DNA from: TPA_inf: Saccharomyces
Lineage: Eukaryota
Assembly: GCA_000146045.2 (NCBI GenBank)
Contig: BK006944.2
Coordinates: forward strand, 96,001 to 160,000
DNA length: 64,000 bases
Reading direction: 5' to 3'
Below, one piece after another: positions 41,932-52,838 of this stretch. Under the pieces are notes generated by a model. That model did no database searches. It was given only the letters and a program-made list of their open reading frames with translations, and was not told the origin of the DNA. Positions within the stretch are counted from its first letter, which is position 1; each line of letters begins with the position of its first letter. The position numbers and the translations under genes are program-made.

Positions 41932-44691
41932 CTATTGTGTTTTTTTGGTTTTATCCTGTATGATGACATTTTTTAGCAACACATGACCGAGTACTTCCAA
42001 AATAAGCATGAACAAAGATGATAGGATCGCCAAACAATAGTTGGAAATGGTTATGCCAATATCCAACCACGACCCCTCCGTTCTTAAAAGGTAGAAAAAA
42101 TTCAACGACAGAATATCACTCATGGAAATAATTAATGATGAGATTGTGTAGTCCTTGAAGTTAAGTTTTAAATTCAGTATACCTAGGCATGTGGACAATA
42201 GCCCGTAGGGAATTATCAATTTCAACATCAATAATGCGCCCATCAGGAAAGGATCAAAAATTGGCAACAATCTACAAACAGACTCCAATGAAAATGAAGA
42301 GATTGAAGCGACGTTACCAGTTCCAAAGAATGCGACTTGAAGTAAAAAGAACCCGATTACTGAAACTCTTAGCACTTGTAACCAATTTTCATCTTTTTGG
42401 GTCTTCATTTCTTTGATTTTGTTCTCAATTTCAATCCATTGTACCATGTAACTAGTGAACAAGAAGTAGAAAAGGGATTCGAATGATATAGTCAAAATGA
42501 TAAAGGATGGTGCGAAGGTTAAATAAATGATCAATAATCTCACTTTGTAATCATTGTTGGGCTTCCTATAATGTAAAATTGGCATTACAAAAAGAGATAC
42601 AAAAAAAATTATCCATCCAGCGACCTGTGACTCTCTTGGTAACCCTTGTCTTAGCTGTAAAGAGATAACTGAACGATGAGTAACCGCCAACATGGCAGCC
42701 ACCAAGGAAATTTGAATGGCAAATATAGCACGCGTGTAGGAATTTATCCTGGAATGTATTTTGTAAAGAGCATAAAAGGCACTGAGAATGATTAATAACC
42801 CTGCTAGATGTATCTGGTTCAAGTCCTCAATTTTAACAGCGTCAAATAAGGTAAATGTAGATAAAAGAACACTAGTTATGATCCACAATATATTCACGGA
42901 TAGCTCTCTCACCCCACAAATAAACGGGTAAAACGCCAATATATTTGTAATTAGCGTAAACGTCCATCTATGGAAAAATCCATATACAATTCCCTCATAA
43001 ACTGATATAATAGAGATTGTTATTAAAACTCTTTTCCAAGGAGAGGTACCTTTGAAGAATTCCTTGATACCTGAACGTAGTACGGATCTATTTGTAAAAA
43101 TATAGCTCCAAAAGTATAATGGGAAAAGAAGGTACATGTAAAAATTGAACGGAGAATGTTGGTAGAACAAAATCCAATTTAGTAAAATTCCTATGGAACC
43201 AAATACTGCATGGCTTAATGGTGACGCTTTTTGGTCATCAATTACATTCTCTAATATGAATGATTTCAAAAATATTATAAAAGAAAAAAAGATCCACCCA
43301 ACAAACCCAAATGTAACAATAGTTCTAATGAATCTCCAATTATAGGTTGTCAAATAATGTAAACCTTCCAATGTTATCTGCATTAATTCCTCTGTAAGGG
43401 TGATTGCTTCTTGTTCCAAATAGTTTTCTCCTTCAGATATACGCTGAATTAAGGTTTCTATCTCTTCTAAGTAATGTGAATGAGACTTTTCAACAAACTT
43501 GAAGTATTCCTTATAAAAAAATTGAGAGTCTATTACCTCATCTTGCTTGACTAAGTACTGCTCTAAAATGCTTCTTGCGTTGTTGTACAATGCGGCAAGC
43601 TTGTCACTTTCTTTTCCATCGATATATGCTATTGGTAACTCACCAACTGAATTTTTAGGATAGTTCACACCAATCAAGTATGACATTAAAGAAGCAATAT
43701 CTGCTTGCTTGACATCATTTCTTTTAATGCTCGAAAGCTCCCAATTTTCAGTATAGTTGTCGGATACCGGAAAAGGATTATGTACTGGTTTATTCAAACC
43801 CGCACCCCAAGCAACAAGAGGGGTCCTTGTGTTGTTAGGATGACCGTCACCATGTGATCCAAATGCACTCATACCATGATCTGCTGTAAAAATAAATGCG
43901 GTTTTGTCGTCCGCAAAAAACTTGTTGACTTTGTCTATAAGGATAGGGATTTGATCATCAATATATTTGACATTGTCATAATACTCGGCAGAATATGGTC
44001 TATAAGAATGTCCGGCAGTATCGCAACCTAGTAGATGTAGAAAGAATACATTACCGTCTTGCCTAATTTCATAATCCAATGTTGAGTTCAGTGTGGAATT
44101 GTGGAATAATTGATCCAAGTGTCTAAAGACAAAAGCATCCAGCTCGATGGAAGATTGCGTAAAATCCTCGAAAGTATGATCATACATCCAAGTGTCAACT
44201 TTATTTGGGTCAGAAGCGCCATCTTTGAACATAGGTAAAATGTCAGGTGAACCGAATGAATAAGTATGAGTAGATTGGTTGAAAAAACTATCGAAATTGA
44301 CAGGGTTTGACTTCCAACCTTTTGTGACGGCACTAACATCTTCGTAAAACCCAGCAATCATAGCAACATGACCAGGACGGGATTCAGTTGGCATTCTGGT
44401 ATGTGATATACCGTAGGTGGCATTATTCATTACCAAAGATCTAATAAAAGGTGCCAGAAATTCTGTTTTTCCGGATACTGGATGAGTGACTTTATCAAAA
44501 GTGGTATCTGCACGTAAACCATCACCGACAATCAAAAACAATCTCTTTGCAGGAGGGGTTGGAGTACTTTGATATGGGCTCATACCATGAACGAGCGGTG
44601 AAATGAAATAGATATCAAAAATAGACCATAGGTAAAATAAATGAAATAAGACACCAACAGCCAGAAGCGTCGTTCTGGTTTTGTTCCACAT
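41932..44691 (-). CDS. MCD4: GPI-anchor mannose-ethanolamine phosphotransferase (PIG-N homologue), 919 aa.
   Basis: N-terminal alkaline-phosphatase/sulfatase-like luminal domain followed by more than ten transmembrane segments; 919 aa. Confidence 0.95.
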   Translation of the reverse strand: MWNKTRTTLLAVGVLFHLFYLWSIFDIYFISPLVHGMSPYQSTPTPPAKRLFLIVGDGLRADTTFDKVTHPVSGKTEFLAPFIRSLVMNNATYGISHTRMPTESRPGHVAMIAGFYEDVSAVTKGWKSNPVNFDSFFNQSTHTYSFGSPDILPMFKDGASDPNKVDTWMYDHTFEDFTQSSIELDAFVFRHLDQLFHNSTLNSTLDYEIRQDGNVFFLHLLGCDTAGHSYRPYSAEYYDNVKYIDDQIPILIDKVNKFFADDKTAFIFTADHGMSAFGSHGDGHPNNTRTPLVAWGAGLNKPVHNPFPVSDNYTENWELSSIKRNDVKQADIASLMSYLIGVNYPKNSVGELPIAYIDGKESDKLAALYNNARSILEQYLVKQDEVIDSQFFYKEYFKFVEKSHSHYLEEIETLIQRISEGENYLEQEAITLTEELMQITLEGLHYLTTYNWRFIRTIVTFGFVGWIFFSFIIFLKSFILENVIDDQKASPLSHAVFGSIGILLNWILFYQHSPFNFYMYLLFPLYFWSYIFTNRSVLRSGIKEFFKGTSPWKRVLITISIISVYEGIVYGFFHRWTFTLITNILAFYPFICGVRELSVNILWIITSVLLSTFTLFDAVKIEDLNQIHLAGLLIILSAFYALYKIHSRINSYTRAIFAIQISLVAAMLAVTHRSVISLQLRQGLPRESQVAGWIIFFVSLFVMPILHYRKPNNDYKVRLLIIYLTFAPSFIILTISFESLFYFLFTSYMVQWIEIENKIKEMKTQKDENWLQVLRVSVIGFFLLQVAFFGTGNVASISSFSLESVCRLLPIFDPFLMGALLMLKLIIPYGLLSTCLGILNLKLNFKDYTISSLIISMSDILSLNFFYLLRTEGSWLDIGITISNYCLAILSSLFMLILEVLGHVLLKNVIIQDKTKKTQ

Positions 44692-45017
44692 TTTTTACAG
44701 ATTTCAGTTGTATGAGTCCTAAGGCTCTTCAATGCTTTGGTCGAAGATGGGTTGTTGAATATATAGTAAAGAACGGTTCTTTTTACCTTTAAGGTTTTTT
44801 TTTCGCGTTTAATGACAGCGATGCAAAAAGAATACACATATTATTTACGTGGCATCAACATATACATATTCAACGATTAACATCCTGTAGTTTAGGACGA
44901 AAAGACACATATGAAATACATATCTATGAAAAGTACTGCACCATAATGATTCAACAAAATAAAATGAGTAACATTAACATCACGCTAGTACTGCTAGATT
45001 AAAAATAATAATGAAAA

Positions 45018-45089
45018 CTCCGATACGGGGAGTCGAACCCCGGTCTCCACGGTGAAAGCGTGATGTGATAGCCGTTACACTATATCGGA
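45018..45089 (-). tRNA. tE(UUC): tRNA-Glu (anticodon UUC), 72 nt.
   Basis: The reverse complement reads TCCGATATAGTGTAACGGCTATCACATCACGCTTTCACCGTGGAGACCGGGGTTCGACTCCCCGTATCGGAG, the yeast tRNA-Glu(UUC) sequence, with a CTTTCAC anticodon loop and GGTTCGACTCC T-arm. Confidence 0.95.
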
Positions 45090-45159
45090 TTACAAAGGAT
45101 AGAAAATTGAAACGTAATGGAATTACTCATGTAAATATTAAAGAACTCTTTTCATTTAC

Positions 45160-45300
45160 ATGGATAATTGGTGAATGTTGTGGGGAATGTTGGATTTCAT
45201 TGCTGTTAAAGGCTATAATATTATGTGTACAGAATACACCGTGTGTGATAATATACTAGTAACACGTATACTACTAAATGGATGATAATATGCATGTCAA
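45160..45300 (-). mobile_element. Fragmentary, internally deleted Ty1/Ty2 delta (solo LTR) remnant upstream of tRNA-Glu. More degenerate LTR-like sequence may extend to about 45490.
   Basis: GGTGAATGTTG..GGAATGTTGGATTTCATTGCTGTTAAAGGCTATAATATTATGTGTACAGAATA resembles the reverse complement of the delta 3' end. It is followed by CACCGTGTGTGATAATATACTAGTAACACGTATACTA, which matches the rc of the delta 5' end; the middle of the LTR is missing. Confidence 0.55.
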
Positions 45301-45793
45301 TTTTCTTAAATTTTGACTGAGATAGTGACGAATATATGGCATTATAAGATGACAACAATTTGTTTCCTTCTCAAATGAGAAAGGGCTCCACGGTACACAA
45401 AGTAATGTCTGAGAAATATTCTGTCCCAGGAATAGTTGAAGTTGCATCCGATTTCAATCCCGTGAAGTCTTGGTACTATCAAATTCGTTGGTTTTTTTTC
45501 TGGGAAAACTCTATCAAAGTATAAGGTGCGCTTTTAACGTAATTTATAATGATTTTTTAGAAATAATAATGTATATAGTATAAAAAAATAAACAAACTTT
45601 AAAAAAAAGAGTGAAGAACTGTAAAGCTCATTTCATAGGTTTCAAAAGAAAGCTTTATGAAATGAAGAGACGAATTAAGAAGAAAAAAATGAACCGACCC
45701 AAATTATGCCCTTTGGAGACAGAAATGACTAATGTACAGAATATGCTACGATGACTTTATGTTTTCATGCGACTATGAGAGGTAAACTTATGA

Positions 45794-46819
45794 TTAACAG
45801 TTGAGCAAATCGATAGCTTGTAGGTGGACTGCATTACATTGAGTTCCAATGTGCTCATCGTATAAGTTGTAGAAGTTTCCTGACAAACATTGGTAAAAAG
45901 TATCCTGGTCACCGATGGCCAAGTTACCTTCTGGGGTGATGGACCAACCAGCAGCATAGATAGCACCAGCTTGTGGTGGAGGACCATCGAATTGGAATTG
46001 TCTGTTGGCAACGATAGAACCAATTCTACCTTTACCGTCAGTCAGGATACCACCCTTTAAGTTCATTTCTAAAGTGCCACTGCTTTTACATGTTTCAGCA
46101 GTTACTGGGTCAGTGCCATTAGTAATTGGAGCTGGAGCTGGAGATGGTATAATGGTTGCAGAAGTTAAAGTTGTGGCTTGGATTTGGCCATCAGTGATTT
46201 GGGAGACTGGAGCAACAGTAGTATTGGTGGTGGCTTGGATTTGACCGTCACCAATTTGAGAAACAGCAGCAGCAGTGGTTTTAGTAGTGGCTTGGATTTG
46301 ACCGTCACCAATTTGAGAGACAGCTGCAGCAGTTGTTTTGGTAGTGGCTTGGATTTGACCGTCACCAATTTGAGAGACAGCAGCAGCTTTGGTTTTAGTA
46401 GTGGCTTGAATTTGACCGTCACCAATTTGGGAGACGGCTGCAGCGGTAGTCTTAGCTGAGGTAGTCTTGGTGGTGGCTTGGATTTGGCCGTCACCAATTT
46501 GAGAGACAGCAGCAGCTTTGGTTTTAGTAGTGGCTTGGATTTGACCGTCACCAATTTGAGAAACAGCAGCAGCAGTGGTTTTGGTAGTGGCTTGGATTTG
46601 ACCGTCACCAATTTGAGAGATAGCAGCGGCTCTCTTAGCCTTGGAGGAAGCAGTAGTGGCAATTGGTTCAACAGCAATACCGAAAGTAGAAGAGTAATCA
46701 GTTATACCACCCTTGTAAGTAGCTGATGGAGTTAAAGTGGACCACGGGTCCTTTGGAGCATAGGCAGCTAAAGATGTAGCAACTAAGGCGGAGGCAACTA
46801 ATGATTTTTTGTATTGCAT
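45794..46819 (-). CDS. PIR1: PIR-family O-mannosylated cell-wall protein (alkali-extractable, beta-1,3-glucan-linked), 341 aa.
   Basis: Signal peptide, Kex2 site (SKAKR), eight tandem approx. 19-aa PIR repeats ([14 protein letters not shown]) and the conserved four-Cys C-terminal domain. Confidence 0.95.
   Translation of the reverse strand: MQYKKSLVASALVATSLAAYAPKDPWSTLTPSATYKGGITDYSSTFGIAVEPIATTASSKAKRAAAISQIGDGQIQATTKTTAAAVSQIGDGQIQATTKTKAAAVSQIGDGQIQATTKTTSAKTTAAAVSQIGDGQIQATTKTKAAAVSQIGDGQIQATTKTTAAAVSQIGDGQIQATTKTTAAAVSQIGDGQIQATTNTTVAPVSQITDGQIQATTLTSATIIPSPAPAPITNGTDPVTAETCKSSGTLEMNLKGGILTDGKGRIGSIVANRQFQFDGPPPQAGAIYAAGWSITPEGNLAIGDQDTFYQCLSGNFYNLYDEHIGTQCNAVHLQAIDLLNC
46160..46650. 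repeat. Tandem 57-bp coding repeats (PIR units) inside PIR1, eight copies.
   Basis: ggcttggatttgaccgtcaccaatttgagagacagcagcagc... repeated head-to-tail. This explains the alternative-frame ORFs 46165..46677(-), 46178..46459(+) and 46478..46726(+). Confidence 0.9.
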
Positions 46820-48400
46820 TTTCTAGAATATACTATTAGGGGAGTTTTGTAGTTTGTTTTTTTTTAATACCAGTGTATTAACTTTTGTTTTCTTGATGAT
46901 ATTATTCTTATACAGTAATAGAGAAGATAGGACAACTATGCATAAAGTAGTAAAGATCTTGCTCCTTTTTATATGTGAGAATTGTAGCATTACGATCTTC
47001 TTATTGAAAGAATAATTAGTATACCAGCGTTCTAATATTTGGGCAGGAGAGATTGACTGGACACAGTCTAAACCCTTTCAGATACATGGGCTAAATGATG
47101 GTCCATCGTATTATTAAAGCAAGTAATCGAGCTCCAAGAAGGATTTACGTCCGCCATCTCAATTTCTTTTATTAGCGTTGCTTCTATAATTGGCAGGACA
47201 TAAAAAGGCTGCTAATAATAAATGATGATATAATTAAGAGCAAGCTGGCCGATCTCTCCATTTTTATGCGCTCCAAGCCACGTCATTTTCCGATGACAGG
47301 AATGCTTTGCATATTTCATATGAGATATACATTGACTCCTTTTCGACCAACCGTTTCATTAAAGGGGCAGCAGCTGTCAAAAAAGTAGCCGAAAAAGGCG
47401 TCTGGCTTCGAGGAATTATTACCTAAATAGGAAAGGCAGAATATATTAGAAAAAAAAGAAAAACCAAATGAGAAAAGTGCTGGTGCTAAATAAAACATTA
47501 TTGAGGGGCCAAGAGGGGACAAAAGAAGATATAACTAGATCATTAAGTTTTCGCTCTAGTAACAGGAACAAAGATTGTGAGATACACTGTTATGCTAAGA
47601 GACGGTGCGATATTCTGTACGAAAATTATTTAACTATTAACTAAATGTATACCACTTCACGTGCCACCGAGTAGGTTTCTAAAATGTGCAACCATTTTAG
47701 GTATGTGCGCAGCTCTTTATTCTAAACGGGAGTCACTACATTACTATTATCGTGTTTTTGCCCATGTACTTTCTTATAATCTTAAGACAACAACGGGATG
47801 ATAGGCGCATTCGGACTTTCATTGATGCAAATGTGTGAAAAATGCATCCAAAAGACAACTTTTGTACAGAATACAATTGCAAAAATACTTTACGGGCATA
47901 GATCGGTAAGGTCACCGGGAAGCTAGCGTAAGAGACCTTATTCGGAACCGAGCAACCATTTCCGAATGTAGTAGTAGTTGAAGGAGTAAATCGACCTTAT
48001 TGTACACTACTTCCTTTAAATTTGATTTCTGGCCCCGCGCAATTTCTTGGCGGTTAAGCTGTATTTTTACCTCATCGGGAAAAGTTATTGCAAGTTAAAG
48101 GGGATCAAACGATTAGCAAACTAATTATAGATCAAAGGCCGAGGGCTTTCTAAATTTGGCATATTTCGCCGTCGACTGAAATAGAAGGGATAAATCATGC
48201 ATCTCCAGGATTATCCCTACTCCATTCATTACAACATGCGCCAAATCAAGCCTATATAAGATTCTCGTCATTTAGCATGCTCTATTGATTTGTGTCTTGT
48301 TTTGTCTAACACTGAAACTGTAACCTAAGATTTCTTTAGATAATTATTACATTTACATCAATAAGAAATCTCATAAAACAAGTACTGTTTATAAGTAAAA

Positions 48401-49378
48401 ATGCAATATAAAAAGCCATTAGTCGTCTCCGCTTTAGCTGCTACATCTTTAGCTGCCTATGCTCCAAAGGACCCGTGGTCCACTTTAACTCCATCAGCTA
48501 CTTACAAGGGTGGTATAACAGATTACTCTTCGAGTTTCGGTATTGCTATTGAAGCCGTGGCTACCAGTGCTTCCTCCGTCGCCTCATCTAAAGCAAAGAG
48601 AGCCGCCTCTCAGATAGGTGATGGTCAAGTACAGGCTGCCACTACTACTGCTGCTGTTTCTAAGAAATCCACCGCTGCTGCTGTTTCTCAAATAACTGAC
48701 GGTCAAGTTCAAGCTGCTAAGTCTACTGCCGCTGCTGTTTCCCAAATAACTGACGGTCAAGTTCAAGCTGCTAAGTCTACTGCCGCTGCCGTTTCTCAAA
48801 TAACTGACGGTCAAGTTCAAGCTGCTAAGTCTACTGCCGCTGCCGTTTCTCAAATAACTGATGGTCAAGTTCAAGCTGCCAAGTCTACTGCTGCCGCTGC
48901 CTCTCAGATTTCTGACGGCCAAGTTCAGGCCACTACCTCTACTAAGGCTGCTGCATCCCAAATTACAGATGGGCAGATACAAGCATCTAAAACTACCAGT
49001 GGCGCTAGTCAAGTAAGTGATGGCCAAGTCCAGGCTACTGCTGAAGTGAAAGACGCTAACGATCCAGTCGATGTTGTTTCCTGTAATAACAATAGTACCT
49101 TGTCAATGAGTTTAAGCAAGGGTATCTTAACCGATAGGAAGGGTAGAATTGGCTCTATCGTTGCCAACAGACAGTTCCAATTCGATGGTCCTCCACCACA
49201 AGCTGGTGCTATCTATGCTGCTGGTTGGTCCATCACCCCAGAAGGTAACTTAGCTCTTGGTGACCAGGATACTTTTTACCAATGTTTGTCTGGTGACTTC
49301 TATAACTTGTATGATAAGCACATTGGTTCTCAGTGCCATGAAGTTTATTTGCAAGCTATAGATTTAATTGACTGTTGA
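48401..49378 (+). CDS. PIR3: PIR-family cell-wall protein, 325 aa.
   Basis: Same architecture as PIR1: signal peptide, KR site, about 8 PIR repeats ([14 protein letters not shown]), Cys-rich C-terminal domain. Divergently oriented to PIR1. Confidence 0.95.
   Translation: MQYKKPLVVSALAATSLAAYAPKDPWSTLTPSATYKGGITDYSSSFGIAIEAVATSASSVASSKAKRAASQIGDGQVQAATTTAAVSKKSTAAAVSQITDGQVQAAKSTAAAVSQITDGQVQAAKSTAAAVSQITDGQVQAAKSTAAAVSQITDGQVQAAKSTAAAASQISDGQVQATTSTKAAASQITDGQIQASKTTSGASQVSDGQVQATAEVKDANDPVDVVSCNNNSTLSMSLSKGILTDRKGRIGSIVANRQFQFDGPPPQAGAIYAAGWSITPEGNLALGDQDTFYQCLSGDFYNLYDKHIGSQCHEVYLQAIDLIDC
48590..49030. repeat. Tandem 54-57-bp PIR coding repeats inside PIR3. Four central copies are nearly identical at the nucleotide level.
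   Basis: gctgctgtttc(c/t)caaataactgacggtcaagttcaagctgctaagtctactgcc recurs four times in succession. Confidence 0.9.
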
Positions 49379-50004
49379 ACGATGCATCGATCAATCGGAG
49401 TCGTCCTCCTTTAACTTCACGAATTAGTTGCCACTCTCATTCCCCACACATAAACTTGTTTTATGGCATCCTTTTCATTTAGCATGTCTTTATTTCCAAA
49501 CCTTTCCTCGTTCTTTGCATTCATTTAGCGTTTGCTCGAGAAAGCATCACGTTTTCACACATTATCGTTCGTCGCTATAATAAAAATAGTTATAGAATTT
49601 ACTCAGATTTACATGTCGTACCTTTTTAATTGTAAAAAAAAAAATTTTATGATACATAATTACCTAAATATAATTCAGAATCAAACATACTTATAGCTAT
49701 TTGTATGCTATTAGGTGGTCCTGCTATAAAAATATCGTTTATAATACTTTATATTTTATCTTTCAACTTAGTCGCAATTGCAGAAGCTTTCCCTGAGAAA
49801 AAATTTGTGAAGCTAGCTGCGATAGCAAAGGAGCGCTTAAGGTATAGAAAAGCACTCAGCTGGAATGCCAAAAGATAGTTTAGCAACTGACCAAGGAAAA
49901 AGCTTGTAGGTAGACTTAACTTCATTGTTCTCTAATCCTTTCGTCGTGTATATTGTAAAAACTGCTGAACGAGTATTGATAAAAGATATCTTGGCCACTA
50001 AGGG

Positions 50005-50610
50005 GCAGATCCCCTTCTGGTGTGATAGACAACCCCAGGAGCATAGATAACACCAACTTGTGGTGGAGGGTCATCGAATTGGAATTGTCTGTTGGCAACA
50101 GTAGAACAGATGCTGCCCTTGCTATCTGTCAAAATGCCGCTCTTCAAAGTTACTTTCAAAGCGCTGTCACTGCTACGACAGCTTTTTTTTTAGAAACAGC
50201 AGCAATGCCTTGACATGTAACGTAAGAAAAGAAAAAAGAGATGGCAGAAGAAATACTAAGCGATAACGGCAATGTAGAGGTGCTTTTTTTATCGGAATAA
50301 ATAGAGAAGTCAGTAACAGTGATTGCTGTGGCTCCCTCTTTAATCGTATCTATGTAGGTTCCGATTAAAGTGGTCGTGATTCAGTATTTTTTTTACTAAT
50401 CAAAGTACATGCACTGTTTTTTGTGGGGATAGCAATGATTTCAATTTGGCCGTCAACGATCTAAGAAAAAACGTCTCTCTTAACCGTGGTAGATCCTGTT
50501 GTAATTGTTTGGACAGTGATACCGAAGAAGGAAGTAAATTCAGTAGCGCCGCATGAGGTAGTAGCAGAAGGAGTTAAGGTTGACCATGGCTCACTTGGCA
50601 TATACTGTTG
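50005..50610 (-). pseudogene. Decayed PIR-family gene relic (third PIR paralogue). N-terminal mature region, a single PIR-repeat remnant and the Cys-rich C-terminal domain are recognisable, but with stops, frameshifts and loss of both ends.
   Basis: 50005..50190 aligns at the DNA level with the minus strand of the PIR1/PIR3 C-terminal domain (GGTGGAGG.TCATCGAATTGGAATTGTCTGTTGGCAAC). 50440..50610 aligns with the N-terminal mature region plus one repeat (TTGGCCGTCAACGAT...GATACCGAAGAAGGAAGTAAATTCAGTAGC). No intact ORF exists. Confidence 0.7.
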
Positions 50611-51629
50611 GGCAGAAACAGTATAGTGAAACTGTTATCAAACCAATATATTTGGGCTACATGGCTTTCCTTTCCCGAAAAAGACACCATTTAGTAATTA
50701 TGTTGTACTTTTACTCTCTGAACTTCTGTGAATATAAAAAATATACTAAATAAAAGGATGCAACTTCCTTAAAGAGGGCAAGATAGCGACATAAAGTGGA
50801 AAAGTGTTAGCAACATTGCGCAGGCATCGATTAATATATGCATATATACTTTTTACGTAGTCTACGTTAAATTGTCAATAGATCAAGCAGAATCGGTAGC
50901 TCTGTTAAGCGATTAAGCCCAGTGGCTTTTTGTCGCACCGTTTAGGTTCGCGTTAGCAAGATGGAAAAAAAAGAACGCGAATCATGTATTGACGTATGAC
51001 GTATTAGGCAATTTACAAGATTAAACTTAAATTTGCGACGGAGTTTTGAAGTAGAACGAACACCTTACTCATCCGCAACAGGAAATTTTCACGCAGAACG
51101 TGCCTAAGAAAAAAAAATCATATGCGTTTACAGGCACAAATGAAGAAAATGACCGGATATGGATATAAGCTTATGGAAGAAATTGCTCCTATTGAGTTAA
51201 GAATATGCGAGCGAGACCTGCATAAGGCTAATTATAACTCTTCAACCCAAATTTGTCTTTCTCTTCACACCCATCTCTTATAGTCCCATATATTCATATG
51301 AAAGTTCAATGCTTAGACTCAGTGTGTACTTATGATGTCGTTGAAGGCTATTTGGTCTACTGAAAATCCTACCTCGTACGAATACCCTTATAGTATTATT
51401 TAAATATGGGGTTACTATTCGCATTCGTTAGAGTGGTGGGAAATTGATATCTTGTTTGGGAGTTGCGAAACAAAAGAGGAGAAGATATGCGCGCTATGTT
51501 TTTCTTAAAAGAATGCCTACTGCCTATGAAATGAATATACTAAACGTAAAAGTGTAGATAATAGAAACAAAGATTAAGGTCGCTTACTGTAAAAAACGTC
51601 TTCATTTTAATTCAACGAAATAAAAGAAA

Positions 51630-52838
51630 TCACGTGGAGTGTAGCACCGCCAAAGAGCTATTTTTTATGTCTTCTAGTTGAGGCCTATTTCCATTCTGCG
51701 ACGAAAGTGTGCTTCTCTCACTTGGGCTAATCCATTTTTCAACAAAATCAGCAACGTCTTCGACTTCGCAGCTACTAGAAGAACTGTTAATACCATTATA
51801 AATGTTCTGTAACTGTAAGAAGTCCGTCATGAAGCATATTCTTCCACTCCGTTTGTCTGAAAATATTGAATCCGAATATGGCTGTACTATCTGGCTAGAT
51901 CCCGTCGGCCGTGGGCTTATTAAACTCTTTAATAACGATATTATTGTTGGGCTCGATCTTTGCGGGGTGTCTACAATGAAAAGTCTATGTTCTGGAATAT
52001 TATTCTTGATTGTCATCAATATCTCAATTAATTTAGTGGGGATATAAAGTTCTTTACCAGGACTTACATGGGATCGATCATTGAACATTTGTTCTAATGC
52101 AAGTTCACATGAGTAGTCAATGGCGCTATCAAAGCTCTTGGATTTTTGTCCATTCTTATTGATATCCACAAAGCACTGTTGCCACCCTTTGTCATCTGAA
52201 GAGTACCTTACTAAATCGTGGGTTGTGTATTTTATAACATCATTAAGCATCAAAATTTGGATTGGATCCTCTATGTGAAATTTTTTCTGTAAAAAATATG
52301 GGGAAACCGGATAATCTTGTACCAAACTGACTGATCCAGGTATTCCGTCTAAGAGCTTCGAAGGTATTTTGTCACACTTGTATAGAGGTACCATGAAATA
52401 TTTTATTTTCTGGAACATGTTATCAGATAAAGTAGACTTGAGATATGACATTAAATTTTTGCAAATCTGAATTGCTTGGGGTAAATCCGTGTAAATATTC
52501 ACAATGTTAAGATCGTAATAAGGATAGTCATTTAATTTGTAATTAACCAGTAGCCATTTGGCAAGGCATTTGCTAAATTGTGGCTCACAGTCAAGAATGT
52601 TATCAAATGAAAAGGGTTCTTCTTTTGCGGTTGTAGTTACAGGCTTCCTTTGCGTAAAAAAATTTTCTCTTTTCATTATGTTTGGGAAATTTTGCCACTC
52701 TATGTAATCTTTCAAAGAAATTCTCGCAGTTTGGCCTCTTCTTATCCCATTTGTAGAGAGTAATTGCTCGAAAGTAAACAGTGGGTAATCAGATTTCAGA
52801 TGAACTTGAATTCTCAAGGGGTGTAATCTTTTCATCAT
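51630..52838 (-). CDS. Uncharacterised protein (YKL162C-like), 402 aa.
   Basis: 402-aa ATG ORF in the position of YKL162C. No recognisable catalytic motifs. Confidence 0.8.
   Translation of the reverse strand: MMKRLHPLRIQVHLKSDYPLFTFEQLLSTNGIRRGQTARISLKDYIEWQNFPNIMKRENFFTQRKPVTTTAKEEPFSFDNILDCEPQFSKCLAKWLLVNYKLNDYPYYDLNIVNIYTDLPQAIQICKNLMSYLKSTLSDNMFQKIKYFMVPLYKCDKIPSKLLDGIPGSVSLVQDYPVSPYFLQKKFHIEDPIQILMLNDVIKYTTHDLVRYSSDDKGWQQCFVDINKNGQKSKSFDSAIDYSCELALEQMFNDRSHVSPGKELYIPTKLIEILMTIKNNIPEHRLFIVDTPQRSSPTIISLLKSLISPRPTGSSQIVQPYSDSIFSDKRSGRICFMTDFLQLQNIYNGINSSSSSCEVEDVADFVEKWISPSERSTLSSQNGNRPQLEDIKNSSLAVLHST

Noticed and set aside
46165-46726. 170-, 93- and 82-aa ORFs in other frames inside PIR1, and a 147-aa ORF at 48584..49027 inside PIR3
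   Set aside because: These are repeat-induced open frames; the 57-bp tandem units keep every frame open. Their composition is low-complexity ([10 protein letters not shown]..., DLTVTNLR...).
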